A DNA stretch of 64,000 bases from Candidatus Latescibacterota bacterium (GTDB taxonomy: Bacteria > Latescibacterota > UBA2968 > GCA-2709665). The stretch is taken from positions 4,768,001 through 4,832,000 of the forward strand of contig OZ244937.1 in NCBI GenBank assembly GCA_965222075.1, given 5' to 3'. This document shows, in pieces, positions 37,993 through 49,849 of this stretch. Under the pieces are notes generated by a model. The model saw only the letters and a program-made list of their open reading frames with translations. It searched no databases and was not told the origin of the DNA. Position numbers and translations under genes: made by a program. How positions within the stretch are numbered: position 1 is the first letter of the stretch; each line of letters starts with the position of its first letter.

Positions 37993-38039
37993 AAAATATC
38001 TCTTGAAGACGCACCTGTCAAATTCTTTGTGGTGGCCTA

Positions 38040-38237
38040 CTACTTATACGACTCGGTAATATTTCTTCCCATACTGATTTCGCCGTTGTCAATCCGTAAG
38101 TTAAAGCCGCAGTCCGGATTGTTGCAGACCCAGGCTTTATAATGGATAGCAGCCCCATCTCGACCGTAATCCGACAGAGGGAGCAGTATTCCCTTTTCAC
38201 ACTTTAGACACAGTGGAAATTGACGATCGTTATCCAT
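38040..38237 (-). CDS. Small putative zinc-ribbon protein (65 aa)
   Basis: GAGGAAAGG RBS; CLKC...WVCNNPDC. Confidence 0.75.
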   Translation of the reverse strand: MDNDRQFPLCLKCEKGILLPLSDYGRDGAAIHYKAWVCNNPDCGFNLRIDNGEISMGRNITESYK

Positions 38238-38469
38238 CCTTTCCTCCCCTCCGCTTGTCTTTTCGGCTCCATCCGCATAAAGCCGAAACCCTCTACTGAG
38301 AGACCCCACCAAAACAAAACAAGCCCTCTCGGCCACCGGTAGGGCGATTGTGCAACCAAGACGGCAGACCTGCTATAACCTCATTTCACATATAAATTTA
38401 CATAAACTTTCCCACAAAGTCAAATCATTTTCTCTCTTGCTCAAACGCCAGCAAAACCTTCAAAGTCGA

Positions 38470-38498
38470 TTGACAAATGTCTTTAATTTACTTATACT
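38470..38498 (+). promoter_or_regulatory. Sigma70-type promoter of the NhaC-family gene
   Basis: TTGACA-17 bp-TATACT. Confidence 0.65.
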
Positions 38499-38607
38499 TC
38501 AGCGTTAATTCAGGTCTATTTTTTAATTTCTCGGTTATCTTTCTACGGCACGGTATGCGCTTTTGGCATCCGGAGAGATTGGTGGCCACTAACCACGGAG
38601 AAATCTT

Positions 38608-40395
38608 ATGGCAGGCGCTCTAATGGACCCGAGAACCCTAACCGGAGTCTTTAAAAAGACAAAAAACTTCGGACTCTTTATTTTGGCTCTCATTGTTTCA
38701 CTTGTGGTAGGAACATACGTTTCTCCAACTTGGACAGTTGAAAAAGTGACATTGGATGTCCAGGAGGCCGAAGGCGATAAGCTGTATTATATCTATCGGG
38801 GGAAACCCAAATACCTGGAAGGTGTTCTTTCCTATCAAGATGCGCATCTCAACCCGGAAAAGATCCGCGCCCTGAATGCAGCAAAGCAATCTCCAGGCGT
38901 CCAGGAAGAATTTACCTACCGAATAGAAGAAAAAGACGGCCAATCTCAAAAAATCTATTATCAGCTGATAGCCAAGCGTCACTGGGAATTCTGGTCTTTG
39001 CTTCCAGCGCTTGTTGCCGTATTGTTCTGTTGGCTGACCCGTGAACCGGTCACATCCCTCTTGGCAGGCATTATGACCGGCGCTATTCTCCTGGGAAAAT
39101 ACAATATCACAGGAGATGTTCTTGTGACGTCGCTGGCGACAAAAGGCGCGGCGAGCATTTTGATCCTTTACCTGTGGTTTTTAGGGGGTCTCATGGGAAT
39201 ATGGTCCCGTACCGGGGCCGCCCAGGCTTTTGCCGATTTAATGACCCGTCGTGTGGTCAGGGGGCCGAAAACCGCCAGGCTGGTGGCCTGGTCTCTTGGA
39301 ATTATCTTCTTTCAGGGTGGGACCGTCAGTACCGTATTGGTAGGAACATCTGTTAAACCGATTGCCGACAAAGAAAGAATCAGCCATGAAGAATTGTCCT
39401 ACATCGTGGATTCGACCGCTTCGCCGATTGCCTCTCAATTGGCCTTTAATGCCTGGCCTGGTTATATACAGGCCTTTATTTTTGTTGCCGGTGTAAGTTT
39501 TCTGGCAACGGAAGCTGATCGAATTATCTTTTTCTTCAAAAGCGTACCCTTCTGTTTTTACGCCATCTTTGCAGTTCTGGGCACCTTTCTCCTGAGTATT
39601 GACAAAACGCCCTTTTTGGGAAAAAAGATGAAAGCCGCGATCGTGCGGGCTCGGGAAACCGAAAAGCTGGACGCAGATGGCGCCGAGCCCCTCAGTGCCA
39701 AGGAACTCCAGGGTAGCAACGTACCTGAAGGTTATCGTCCCCACGTCCTGGAATTTTTTATCCCGCTTTTCACTTTGATCGGAATTGCAATTGGAACTTT
39801 TATCATTAAAGGGTCTCCCAACGTTCTCTGGGCATTCGGATTTGCCCTTCTCATTGCAGCGGGGCTGGCGCTCGCCCGGGGAATGTCGCTGAAGGATCTG
39901 ATGGTGGGGTTTCAGGATGGGATCAAAGGGGTGGTCCTGGGATCGGTCATTCTGCTTCTGGCCATCACCATTGGCGGCATCAGCAAAGAAGCGGGAGGAG
40001 GGATCTATCTCGTTGAACGTCTGGGCGGCCATATTCCCTATTGGGCCTTGCCGGTTATGTTTCAAATTCTAACCATCATCATCGCTTTTTCTACCGGAAC
40101 CAGTTGGGGAACTTATGCAGTCGCGTTTCCCCTGGCAATGCCACTGGCCTGGGCCGTAGCCAATGCCCATGGCCTGGCTCACCCGGAATTTTTCATGACC
40201 ATCTGTTTTGCAGCGGTCATGGATGGGAGCGTTTATGGAGACCAGTGTTCCCCCATCTCCGATACCACCATCTTGAGTTCGATGTGCACGGGGTGTGATT
40301 TGATGGACCACGTCAAAACCCAGATTCCCCAGGCCAGCATTGCCGCCGGCCTGGCTGCTATCTGCTGGACTCTGGTTGCCTTCCTTGCGGCTTAA
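38608..40395 (+). CDS. Na+/H+ antiporter NhaC-family transporter
   Basis: SYIVDSTASP, FSTGTSWGT, GDQCSPISDTTILSS, DHVKTQ. Confidence 0.88.
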   Translation: MAGALMDPRTLTGVFKKTKNFGLFILALIVSLVVGTYVSPTWTVEKVTLDVQEAEGDKLYYIYRGKPKYLEGVLSYQDAHLNPEKIRALNAAKQSPGVQEEFTYRIEEKDGQSQKIYYQLIAKRHWEFWSLLPALVAVLFCWLTREPVTSLLAGIMTGAILLGKYNITGDVLVTSLATKGAASILILYLWFLGGLMGIWSRTGAAQAFADLMTRRVVRGPKTARLVAWSLGIIFFQGGTVSTVLVGTSVKPIADKERISHEELSYIVDSTASPIASQLAFNAWPGYIQAFIFVAGVSFLATEADRIIFFFKSVPFCFYAIFAVLGTFLLSIDKTPFLGKKMKAAIVRARETEKLDADGAEPLSAKELQGSNVPEGYRPHVLEFFIPLFTLIGIAIGTFIIKGSPNVLWAFGFALLIAAGLALARGMSLKDLMVGFQDGIKGVVLGSVILLLAITIGGISKEAGGGIYLVERLGGHIPYWALPVMFQILTIIIAFSTGTSWGTYAVAFPLAMPLAWAVANAHGLAHPEFFMTICFAAVMDGSVYGDQCSPISDTTILSSMCTGCDLMDHVKTQIPQASIAAGLAAICWTLVAFLAA

Positions 40396-40441
40396 AGAGA
40401 TCTGAACAAGTTCGCCTCTTATCCACTGGCCACTGACTTTC

Positions 40442-42142
40442 ATGTCCTACGCACCCGAAAATCCCCTCATCGTCCAGAGCGACCTCTCCGTGCTGGTGGA
40501 GGTGAACAGCCCCCACTACGAGGAGGCCCGGGATGTGCTCGCCCGGTTTGCCGAACTGGAAAAAAGCCCCGAACACATTCACACCTACAAGATTAGCCCT
40601 CTCTCCCTGTGGAACGCCGCTGCGGTCGGCTTTTTTGCCCCCGAAATCTTGAGCACCCTCGAACGCTTCAGCAAATACGACATCCCGCAGAACGTCGCCG
40701 TAGAAATCCAGGAAATCATGGGGCGCTACGGCCGGATTCGACTCGACCGATCCGGGGCTGACCTGGTCCTCTCGGCCGACGATCCCATCCTGATGGCCGA
40801 AATCTGGCGTCACAAGGCAATAGCGCCCTACCTCAAGGGCAGGATCGATGAGTGCCGCGTGCGCATCGACCTCTTCTACCGGGGGCACCTCAAGCAGGCC
40901 CTCACGCGCATCGGATTTCCGGTCAAGGATCTGGCCGGCTACTTCCCTGGCAAAAAACTGACCCTCCATTTTCGAACCACCACCGCTTCGGGCGTGCCCC
41001 TCCAGATACGCGACTACCAGAAAGAAGCCCTGGAAACCTTTTATGCCGGCGGCGGCCCCGAAGGCGGCAGCGGCATCGTCGTCCTCCCCTGCGGGGCGGG
41101 CAAGACCATGGTGGGCATGGCCGTCATAGAGCGCCTCCAGTACCAGACCCTGATCCTGACCACCAATATCACCGCCTCCCGGCAGTGGAAATCAGAACTC
41201 TTAGACAAAACCAGCCTGACCCCGGACCAGATCGGCGAATACTCTGCAGAACGCAAAGAAATCCGTCCCATCACCATCGCCACCTACCACATCCTCACCT
41301 ACCGTAAAAAAAAGGGAGACGCGTTTCCCCACTTCGCCATCTTCAACCAGGGTAACTGGGGACTGATGATCTACGACGAAGTCCACCTGCTGCCCGCCCC
41401 GGTCTTCCGCTTTACGGCCGAACTCCAGGCCCGCCGCCGCCTGGGGCTTACCGCAACCCTTATCCGGGAAGACGGCCTGGAAACCGACGTCTTCAGCCTG
41501 ATCGGCCCCAAACGGTTCGACGTCCCCTGGCGAGAGCTTGAGGCCAAAGGCTGGGTCGCCACCGCCCAATGCTGCGAGATCCGCGTCCAACTTCCCCAGG
41601 ACCTCCGGCTCGACTACGCCGTAGCCGGGGGGCGGGCCAAGTTTCGAATTGCGTCGGAAAACCCCCTCAAGACCCCCTTAGTTGAAGCCCTCATCCAGAA
41701 ACACCGGAACGACCAGATCCTGGTCATCGGGCAGTACCTGGACCAGCTTGAAGGACTCACGCGGCGGTTGAAGGCGCCCATCATCACGGGAAAGACGCCC
41801 GGCAGCGACCGGGACCTCATCTACGGCCGGTTTCGGCGGGGAGAAATCGGGCTCCTGATCGTCTCCAAGGTGGCCAATTTCGCAGTCGACCTCCCCGATG
41901 CCAGCGTGGCCATTCAGGTCTCCGGAACCTTTGGCTCCAGGCAGGAAGAGGCTCAGCGCCTCGGACGCATCCTCCGCCCCAAAACCGACGGCGCCCTGGC
42001 CCACTTTTACACCCTCGTCACCCGGGACACCCGGGAGCTGGAATTCGCCAGAAAACGGCAGACTTTCCTCACCGAACAGGGCTACCGTTACACCATACAG
42101 GGCGCCGTCGATGTCTTCAAAGAATCGGATACCGCCGCCTGA
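40442..42142 (+). CDS. DNA repair helicase XPB (Ssl2/Rad25 family)
   Basis: NPLIVQSD, ELEKSPEHIHTY, LPCGAGKT, DEVH, GLTATLIREDG, QEEAQRLGRILR. Confidence 0.95.
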   Translation: MSYAPENPLIVQSDLSVLVEVNSPHYEEARDVLARFAELEKSPEHIHTYKISPLSLWNAAAVGFFAPEILSTLERFSKYDIPQNVAVEIQEIMGRYGRIRLDRSGADLVLSADDPILMAEIWRHKAIAPYLKGRIDECRVRIDLFYRGHLKQALTRIGFPVKDLAGYFPGKKLTLHFRTTTASGVPLQIRDYQKEALETFYAGGGPEGGSGIVVLPCGAGKTMVGMAVIERLQYQTLILTTNITASRQWKSELLDKTSLTPDQIGEYSAERKEIRPITIATYHILTYRKKKGDAFPHFAIFNQGNWGLMIYDEVHLLPAPVFRFTAELQARRRLGLTATLIREDGLETDVFSLIGPKRFDVPWRELEAKGWVATAQCCEIRVQLPQDLRLDYAVAGGRAKFRIASENPLKTPLVEALIQKHRNDQILVIGQYLDQLEGLTRRLKAPIITGKTPGSDRDLIYGRFRRGEIGLLIVSKVANFAVDLPDASVAIQVSGTFGSRQEEAQRLGRILRPKTDGALAHFYTLVTRDTRELEFARKRQTFLTEQGYRYTIQGAVDVFKESDTAA

Positions 42143-42998
42143 GGCCCACCGTCCGTATCCCCTCCGCGCTTCCCCGTTCCTCGCCGCTCTGGAGATTACG
42201 CGCCCCCACAACTGCGCCATCACATTCGCCTCCGTGCTCCTGGGAGGGTGGCTCGGCGTTCACCTCCTCTCCCCGCCCCTCCTCCTGGCAGCCCTCTCCG
42301 CGGCCCTCATCATGGCAGGCGGCAACACGCTCAACGACCTCTGCGACATCGAAGCAGACCGCGTCAACCAGCCCGGTCGCCCCCTTCCGTCTAACCGCCT
42401 GCCGGTCTGGGCGGCTCGTATGGAAGCCTTTGGCCTGTCGGCGCTTGGCATCGGGACCGGCCTGGTCCTCCCGCCTCCGGTCCCTGTCATTGCCCTGATC
42501 GCAGCCTCCGGCCTGGTCCTCTACACCACCTCTCTTAAAGGCATCCCCCTCCTCGGCAACCTTCTCACCGCCCTGCTGTGCGGCCTTACGTTTCTCTACG
42601 GAGGATTCGCTGTCAACGCTCCCCTTCCGGCATGTATCCCGGCCCTTTTTGCAATCCTCTTTCACTTTGGCAGGGAAATACTCAAAGATGTGCAGGACAG
42701 GGAAGGCGACCGCCGCCTGGCCGGCAGCACGCTGCCCCTGCGCTGGGGCCGTCGAAACGTTTATATCCTGATCACAGCGATCTACCTCCTGCTGATCCTG
42801 GCCACCCCGTTGCCCCTGCTCACCGGCGATTACGGCATCCGCTACCTCGTCCTTATCCTCCTGCTCAACGGCCTGTTGATCGGTTTTATTCTGACCCTCT
42901 GGCGCAGTGACACACCCGAGAGCCTGGCGCGCCTCAGCCGTCTCTTAAAGGTCGGCATGGTGCTCGGCCTCTCCGCCATCTTTATCGATAGCCTCTGA
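42111..42998 (+). CDS. UbiA prenyltransferase, DGGGP-synthase-like
   Basis: TRPHN, NDLCDIEADRVNQPGRPLPS, REILKDVQDREGD; start uncertain (ATG 42111 overlaps the XPB end). Confidence 0.82.
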   Translation: MSSKNRIPPPEAHRPYPLRASPFLAALEITRPHNCAITFASVLLGGWLGVHLLSPPLLLAALSAALIMAGGNTLNDLCDIEADRVNQPGRPLPSNRLPVWAARMEAFGLSALGIGTGLVLPPPVPVIALIAASGLVLYTTSLKGIPLLGNLLTALLCGLTFLYGGFAVNAPLPACIPALFAILFHFGREILKDVQDREGDRRLAGSTLPLRWGRRNVYILITAIYLLLILATPLPLLTGDYGIRYLVLILLLNGLLIGFILTLWRSDTPESLARLSRLLKVGMVLGLSAIFIDSL

Positions 42999-43089
42999 AT
43001 TTTTCAGGTTAGCGAAGGGCGTAAAACGTGAACAGTCAAACTCAAACCTGTTTCGTTTCACATTCGGCCGCAAATCATACACTTTTTTC

Positions 43090-43118
43090 TTGACACAACC
43101 CATTGATTATGTTAATTT
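43090..43118 (+). promoter_or_regulatory. Sigma70-type promoter upstream of the HU gene
   Basis: TTGACA-17 bp-TAATTT with extended TG. Confidence 0.55.
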
Positions 43119-43359
43119 AAGCGCTCCATCATTATCTTTCCATCGAAATGACATCACCCTCTTCTCAGACCTTTTGCTCTCCTCTTAGAGGAGGAACCTG
43201 ATTTCGTCAGCCAACAATCCAGAGGCGGATGGATTGAGACTCCCCTGTCGAATAACAACCGATTGTTCAGATCAGATCCGTAAGTGAAATTGATCGACCT
43301 TCTATGCGATATCCAATCCCCGCACAAGGCGATATCGATCCCCAGCAAGGAGGTAACCA

Positions 43360-43665
43360 TTGGCGACGACCACAAAAAAGGATCTTGCGTTGAGGGTAAG
43401 TCAGGATACAGACTGTAAAAAAAATCTGGCTTCAAAGATGGTGGATACGGTCTTTGAAGCCATGCGAGAGAGCCTCATCAACGGCAATCGGATCGAAATC
43501 CGGGGATTTGGAGTCTTCCAGGTCAAAGAAACCCGCCCCAAACCAGCAGCGAGAAATCCTCGAACCGGGCAAATCATCTACGTCCCCGCTCGCCGGAAAA
43601 CACACTTCAGACCGGGCAAACTCCTCAAGGAGGAACTCCACAAGCCGATAGAAGCACAGAGCTGA
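43360..43665 (+). CDS. HU/IHF family DNA-binding protein
   Basis: RIEIRGFGVF, ARNPRTG, FRPGK; AGGAGG plus TTG start. Confidence 0.95.
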   Translation: MATTTKKDLALRVSQDTDCKKNLASKMVDTVFEAMRESLINGNRIEIRGFGVFQVKETRPKPAARNPRTGQIIYVPARRKTHFRPGKLLKEELHKPIEAQS

Positions 43666-43700
43666 TTTTCACCAGATCCGAAACGGTTCACCATATTGCC

Positions 43701-44177
43701 ATGAAACAGGTCTTGGAAACCCCGGAAGCCTACCATCACCGGGGCGCGGGCGGGGTTGTGGTCAGTAGCCTCACCCCGGACGCCTCGGTTGCCCTCCTCC
43801 ACCGCACGAACGGGGAATGGACCCTCCCCAAAGGTCATATCGAGGGAGATGAGTCCTCCCAGGAGGCCGCCCTCAGAGAAATTGCTGAAGAGATCGGCCT
43901 CTGGGAACTCAAAATCGTCGGCGACCTCGGGACGATCCGGTACACCTTCCAGGATCCCAACACCCCCAAGCTCCACCACAAAGAGGTCATGTTCTACCTC
44001 GTCCTCTCTCCCCCCGGACGCCTTCCCCTCACACCGGAAGATACCCCCAAATTCGACGACGCCCGCTGGATCCCCCTCCACGACGCCGAACGCCTCTGCA
44101 CCTATGATACCACCCGGAAAATCCTTCACCGCGCCCGAAAAGCCCTCCAGGATCCTCTCCCTCACCAAAACGCTTGA
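43701..44177 (+). CDS. NUDIX hydrolase
   Basis: LPKGHIEGDESSQEAALREIAEEIG Nudix box. Confidence 0.92.
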   Translation: MKQVLETPEAYHHRGAGGVVVSSLTPDASVALLHRTNGEWTLPKGHIEGDESSQEAALREIAEEIGLWELKIVGDLGTIRYTFQDPNTPKLHHKEVMFYLVLSPPGRLPLTPEDTPKFDDARWIPLHDAERLCTYDTTRKILHRARKALQDPLPHQNA

Positions 44178-44287
44178 CAAACCCTTCCGTACCCTTAAAT
44201 TTGCTTCTACAGGGCGCTTACCGGTTCCGTTTTCGTATTCAATATCCTTAAGCCTTACCCCCCGGCCTCCTCTCCCCTTCAGAATAA

Positions 44288-46342
<2,055 letters not shown>

Positions 46343-46384
46343 GTCTGCTCAATGTCGGTTTATAAAATTAGAGACGGTCGAGTA

Positions 46385-47536
46385 TTATATCCACACAGCG
46401 TCTTCGGCCAATAGGTTGGAGAACCGGGAGAACGAAAAAACCTCGATACCGTCTGCGGTTTGCAATTCAGGCCCTTCGGGATAGACCACCATACGCCGGC
46501 GCAGTCCCTTCAGGCCGGCCAGCGCTCGCAGCCCCTTGCACCAGGCTTCGGCAAACGTGTTACCGGATTTTACCTCGATTGCGACGAAATCCTCTCCGCG
46601 CTTGAGCAGAAAGTCGACCTCGGTCTGTCTCTGGCCGGCGATTCCCCAGTAGAAGAACTCGTCACACAGGTTGCGGTAGTCTCCGTAGGCCCGGATCAGC
46701 TGGGCGACCAGCCCCTCAAATAGAGCTCCGCGTTCCTCTGGAGCGGGGGAGCCGGACACCCGTTTCATCGCCCGCACAATGCCGGGGTCGCACCAGTACC
46801 ATTTGGGCAACCTGCGTTCGCGCACACGCAGCCTGGCTTCATAGGCAGGCAGCCGGAAGCACAGGAGCGTTTCCTCCAGGATATCCAGATAGCCGATCAC
46901 CGTTGTGCGGGCAACACCGGCTTCCCTGGCGATGTTGGTCACATTCACAGTCTGGCCGTGGAACAGGGCAGCAACGGGCAGGAAGCGTGCAAATCCAGGC
47001 AGGTTGCGCACCAGGGCTTCGGCCTGAATCTCTTCCTTGAGATACATCTGAGCGTAGGCCGTGAGCGTCTCCTCTCTTGCATCTGAGTCCCACACAATCG
47101 GCAGCAGGCCATATCTCACCGCGTCGTCAAGTTTGAAATGTTCGGCCAGTTCCTCAGGAAGGAATGGGTGCATAGCACGATACAGAGCCCGCCCGGCAAG
47201 CAGGTTGGCACCTGCACGCTTGAGCTTGCTCGCGCTTGATCCACACAAAACAAAGCGCAGTCCTTTTTCTTCAATAAAACGATGTACTTCGTTGAGAAGG
47301 GCGGGCAACCGCTGCATCTCATCCAAAACCACCCAGCGGTCGTCAGGAACAGCCCTCAGTTCTGCCGCAAAAAGCCCGGGATTGGCCAGCAGACGCTGGT
47401 AAACACCTTCGGCGAGCAGGTCGATGACGTGGGCATCGGGAAAGTTGATTCGCAGATAGGTGCTCTTTCCAACGCCGCGCGGCCCCACCAGGAAGAAGCT
47501 CTGCGGGGGTGATTCAAAGATACGAGGGATTCTCAT
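46385..47536 (-). CDS. AAA+ ATPase with DUF4143 / PD-(D/E)XK-like C-terminus
   Basis: GPRGVGKS, LDEMQ, GSS, LAGRA, GALFE, EVDF...IEVK. Confidence 0.9.
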   Translation of the reverse strand: MRIPRIFESPPQSFFLVGPRGVGKSTYLRINFPDAHVIDLLAEGVYQRLLANPGLFAAELRAVPDDRWVVLDEMQRLPALLNEVHRFIEEKGLRFVLCGSSASKLKRAGANLLAGRALYRAMHPFLPEELAEHFKLDDAVRYGLLPIVWDSDAREETLTAYAQMYLKEEIQAEALVRNLPGFARFLPVAALFHGQTVNVTNIAREAGVARTTVIGYLDILEETLLCFRLPAYEARLRVRERRLPKWYWCDPGIVRAMKRVSGSPAPEERGALFEGLVAQLIRAYGDYRNLCDEFFYWGIAGQRQTEVDFLLKRGEDFVAIEVKSGNTFAEAWCKGLRALAGLKGLRRRMVVYPEGPELQTADGIEVFSFSRFSNLLAEDAVWI

Positions 47537-47769
47537 TTGTCCACCTTGCCGTCATTTTTCATAGTAAATTGATGATAATATATACATATTACACAAAATT
47601 GTCAAGAACCAGGCGGTCCGAGGAGATGTAAGAGAACAGAGGCGCGCTGGTCTGGGAACTGGCGGATGACGTTAAAACCGAAATCGACACCTCCCGAACA
47701 AATGCGTCGAGGGAGATGACATCGTGCGCCCGGTATGGATGGGCCGTGCGGAATTGATCCCCTTTTCCC

Positions 47770-47798
47770 TTGACAGAACTCCCTATCTTTATTACACT
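47770..47798 (+). promoter_or_regulatory. Promoter of tRNA-Ala
   Basis: TTGACA-17 bp-TACACT. Confidence 0.6.
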
Positions 47799-47820
47799 TC
47801 CTCCACATTGCATATGAGGT

Positions 47821-47896
47821 GGGGCTGTAGCTCAGATGGGAGAGCGCTTGACTGGCAGTCAAGAGGTCGTGGGTTCGATCCCCATCAGCTCCACCA
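47821..47896 (+). tRNA. tRNA-Ala (GGC)
   Basis: GGGGCTG...CAGCTCC ACCA with G3:U70; anticodon arm CTTGA-CT GGC AG-TCAAG. Confidence 0.96.
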
Positions 47897-47906
47897 ATAA
47901 AAACAA

Positions 47907-47942
47907 GGGGTTACGTAAGCAAGGCGTAACCCCTATTTTTTT
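47907..47942 (+). terminator. Terminator after tRNA-Ala
   Basis: AGGGGTTACG/CGTAACCCCT stem plus T-run. Confidence 0.7.
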
Positions 47943-48001
47943 CTGTCCAGAATATCCTCCATGAAAGCGACAAACGCTGCATTTTGCTCAGGAGGTGTTG
48001 T

Positions 48002-48844
48002 TCACCTTTGATTCTTCAGGAAGTTTTGCAGATGCGCCCTCAATGGCGCTATGTCGCACCTCCCATCCCTGGAGGCATAGGGGAATGCACCCTTCTTCCG
48101 CATGAGGTTTCCGTTGCGTTCGTGGAAGCGTCCGTCTCTGGCCACCAGCTGCCCCCACCAGTTGAAGGAGTAGCCGACCTCGGCGACGGAGCGATCATCA
48201 GCGGCCCACCCGGGTGGGAATAATACCAGGAATGGAGGGAACGAATTCAGCCAGCTGTTGCAGCCGATTTGCCGCAGTCCCGGCTGCCTGGCGCAGGCCG
48301 AGTCCAAGAGGTTCAGCAATTCGGTGGCCCGCGCTTGCATGTCCCGAAACGGCGAGTCTGGCATGCAGCTGTTTGCGATATGAATATCGAGGGAATCGCT
48401 GCTTTGGGAATGCTCACACGCGAAGATGCCCGATAGCTGATCTTCGGGCAGGGGGTATGGGGTATACCCGGAAGGGAGCCACGGCCACGCCTTGATATCC
48501 CTTTCCATTCGGGGCTCGAGGTGCGACAGGAGGAGCTGGAGGCCCGTTTCCTCAAAATGCTCCGCTGTTGTGGGAGAATCCCGGCACAAGGCTTGCAGCT
48601 GAGAGGTAATTTGTCCAAAAGGCGCCGCCGCCCACGGGAAGTCGGCCTGGGATGGATGGGACACCCCATCCCAGAATTCAGTCAGACGGTATACCGGCGT
48701 CTGGCTGCTCAGAACCTCCACGATGGAACCCCCGTCATTGGAATGGCGCCAGGAGTACCACAGACTCAAACGCGTGATTTTCAAGACGAAATCGCGTCTA
48801 TTCGCCAGCGTGTAGGGTGATTTCGGCGTCATTTCGGAACTCAT
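48002..48844 (-). CDS. Hypothetical protein (possible GNAT-like C-terminus)
   Basis: ATGA-coupled to the NHL gene; LDIHI...IGCNSWL resembles GNAT_C-type motifs. Confidence 0.65.
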   Translation of the reverse strand: MSSEMTPKSPYTLANRRDFVLKITRLSLWYSWRHSNDGGSIVEVLSSQTPVYRLTEFWDGVSHPSQADFPWAAAPFGQITSQLQALCRDSPTTAEHFEETGLQLLLSHLEPRMERDIKAWPWLPSGYTPYPLPEDQLSGIFACEHSQSSDSLDIHIANSCMPDSPFRDMQARATELLNLLDSACARQPGLRQIGCNSWLNSFPPFLVLFPPGWAADDRSVAEVGYSFNWWGQLVARDGRFHERNGNLMRKKGAFPYASRDGRCDIAPLRAHLQNFLKNQR

Positions 48845-49710
48845 CCTGAGACCCGCACGAATTTCTGCAGCCGTTGTCCCCGATTGATTTCGGCCACGTA
48901 GATACTCCCTTCATCGTCCACGCAGATCCCGTGCGCCGACTTAACGTCTGGGCCTGAGAATCGGCTGATTCGTTCTCCCTCCGGCGACCAGACGCTGACG
49001 CTATCACCCCCATGCTCTGCCACATAGATCATATTGTCCTTTGCAATGCACACCCCCCCCGGACCGACCAGGTCCGTCCACTCCTCGATAAACGCACCGT
49101 CCGAATCGAAGATCTGGATCCGGTTATTCTCCCGGTCGCAGACCAGCACCCGGCCCGTTCTGTCGCAGTCGATGTTGTGGACCACGGCGAACTGGCCGGG
49201 GCCGTTGCCCCCTTCGCCCCACGAAAACAGGTGCTTCCCCTCCTTTGAGTACTTGTGCACGCAGCGGTTGCCGTAGCCATCCGAAACGTACATCGACCCA
49301 TCCGGGCCGATCGCGCCCCCGGTCGGTATGTTGTACTCGCCCCGGTAGTGTGTCATACCGGCCACCCCGGGTCTTCCCCATTCTCGTTCCATTTCGCCCA
49401 GCCGCGTGTACCTGCGCACGATGTGCTGGAGCGCGTCGACCAGATAGACCTTGTCGCCAGGACCGATAAAAATCCCGTGGGGCTCACTTACCAGAGGTGA
49501 GGTGAGGCCGAACTCTCCGTATCCCCACGACGTGATGAAATTCCCCGCCTTATCGAACACAATTACCGGATGCTTCCCGCGTGTGAATGCGTAGATTCGC
49601 CCCTGGGAATCGACCGCCGCATCGGAGACCAGGGAAAAGACCCATCCCTCTGGAAGATTTCCCCACCCCTCCACGGCTTCGTATTTAAAATCTCCCTGTC
49701 CCAACGCCAT
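48841..49710 (-). CDS. NHL-repeat beta-propeller (peptidyl-alpha-hydroxyglycine lyase-like)
   Basis: PHGI, YVSDGYGN, GPGQF, CDRENNRIQIFD. Confidence 0.88.
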   Translation of the reverse strand: MALGQGDFKYEAVEGWGNLPEGWVFSLVSDAAVDSQGRIYAFTRGKHPVIVFDKAGNFITSWGYGEFGLTSPLVSEPHGIFIGPGDKVYLVDALQHIVRRYTRLGEMEREWGRPGVAGMTHYRGEYNIPTGGAIGPDGSMYVSDGYGNRCVHKYSKEGKHLFSWGEGGNGPGQFAVVHNIDCDRTGRVLVCDRENNRIQIFDSDGAFIEEWTDLVGPGGVCIAKDNMIYVAEHGGDSVSVWSPEGERISRFSGPDVKSAHGICVDDEGSIYVAEINRGQRLQKFVRVSG

Positions 49711-49849
49711 GGTAAACCTCCTTACCGGCTGTAAAATAATGGGTTGGAATACTTAACTTTGCCATTGAGGCAGGCTCCATTATCTCAGAAGATATATGCA
49801 CAACTACTTATTTCTCCCTTTTTGTACCTTGAAGTTGCCGCACACGACG

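Noticed and set aside
38565-38607. Glycine riboswitch before the NhaC-family gene (GGAGAG)
   Set aside because: No CCGAAG/CTCAGG elements and too short.
43100-43120. dif site (TTATGTTAA)
   Set aside because: No XerC arm; better explained as the -10 region of the HU promoter.
47600-47760. Possible gene remnant (LVWELADDVKTEID...)
   Set aside because: No start/RBS or recognisable family.
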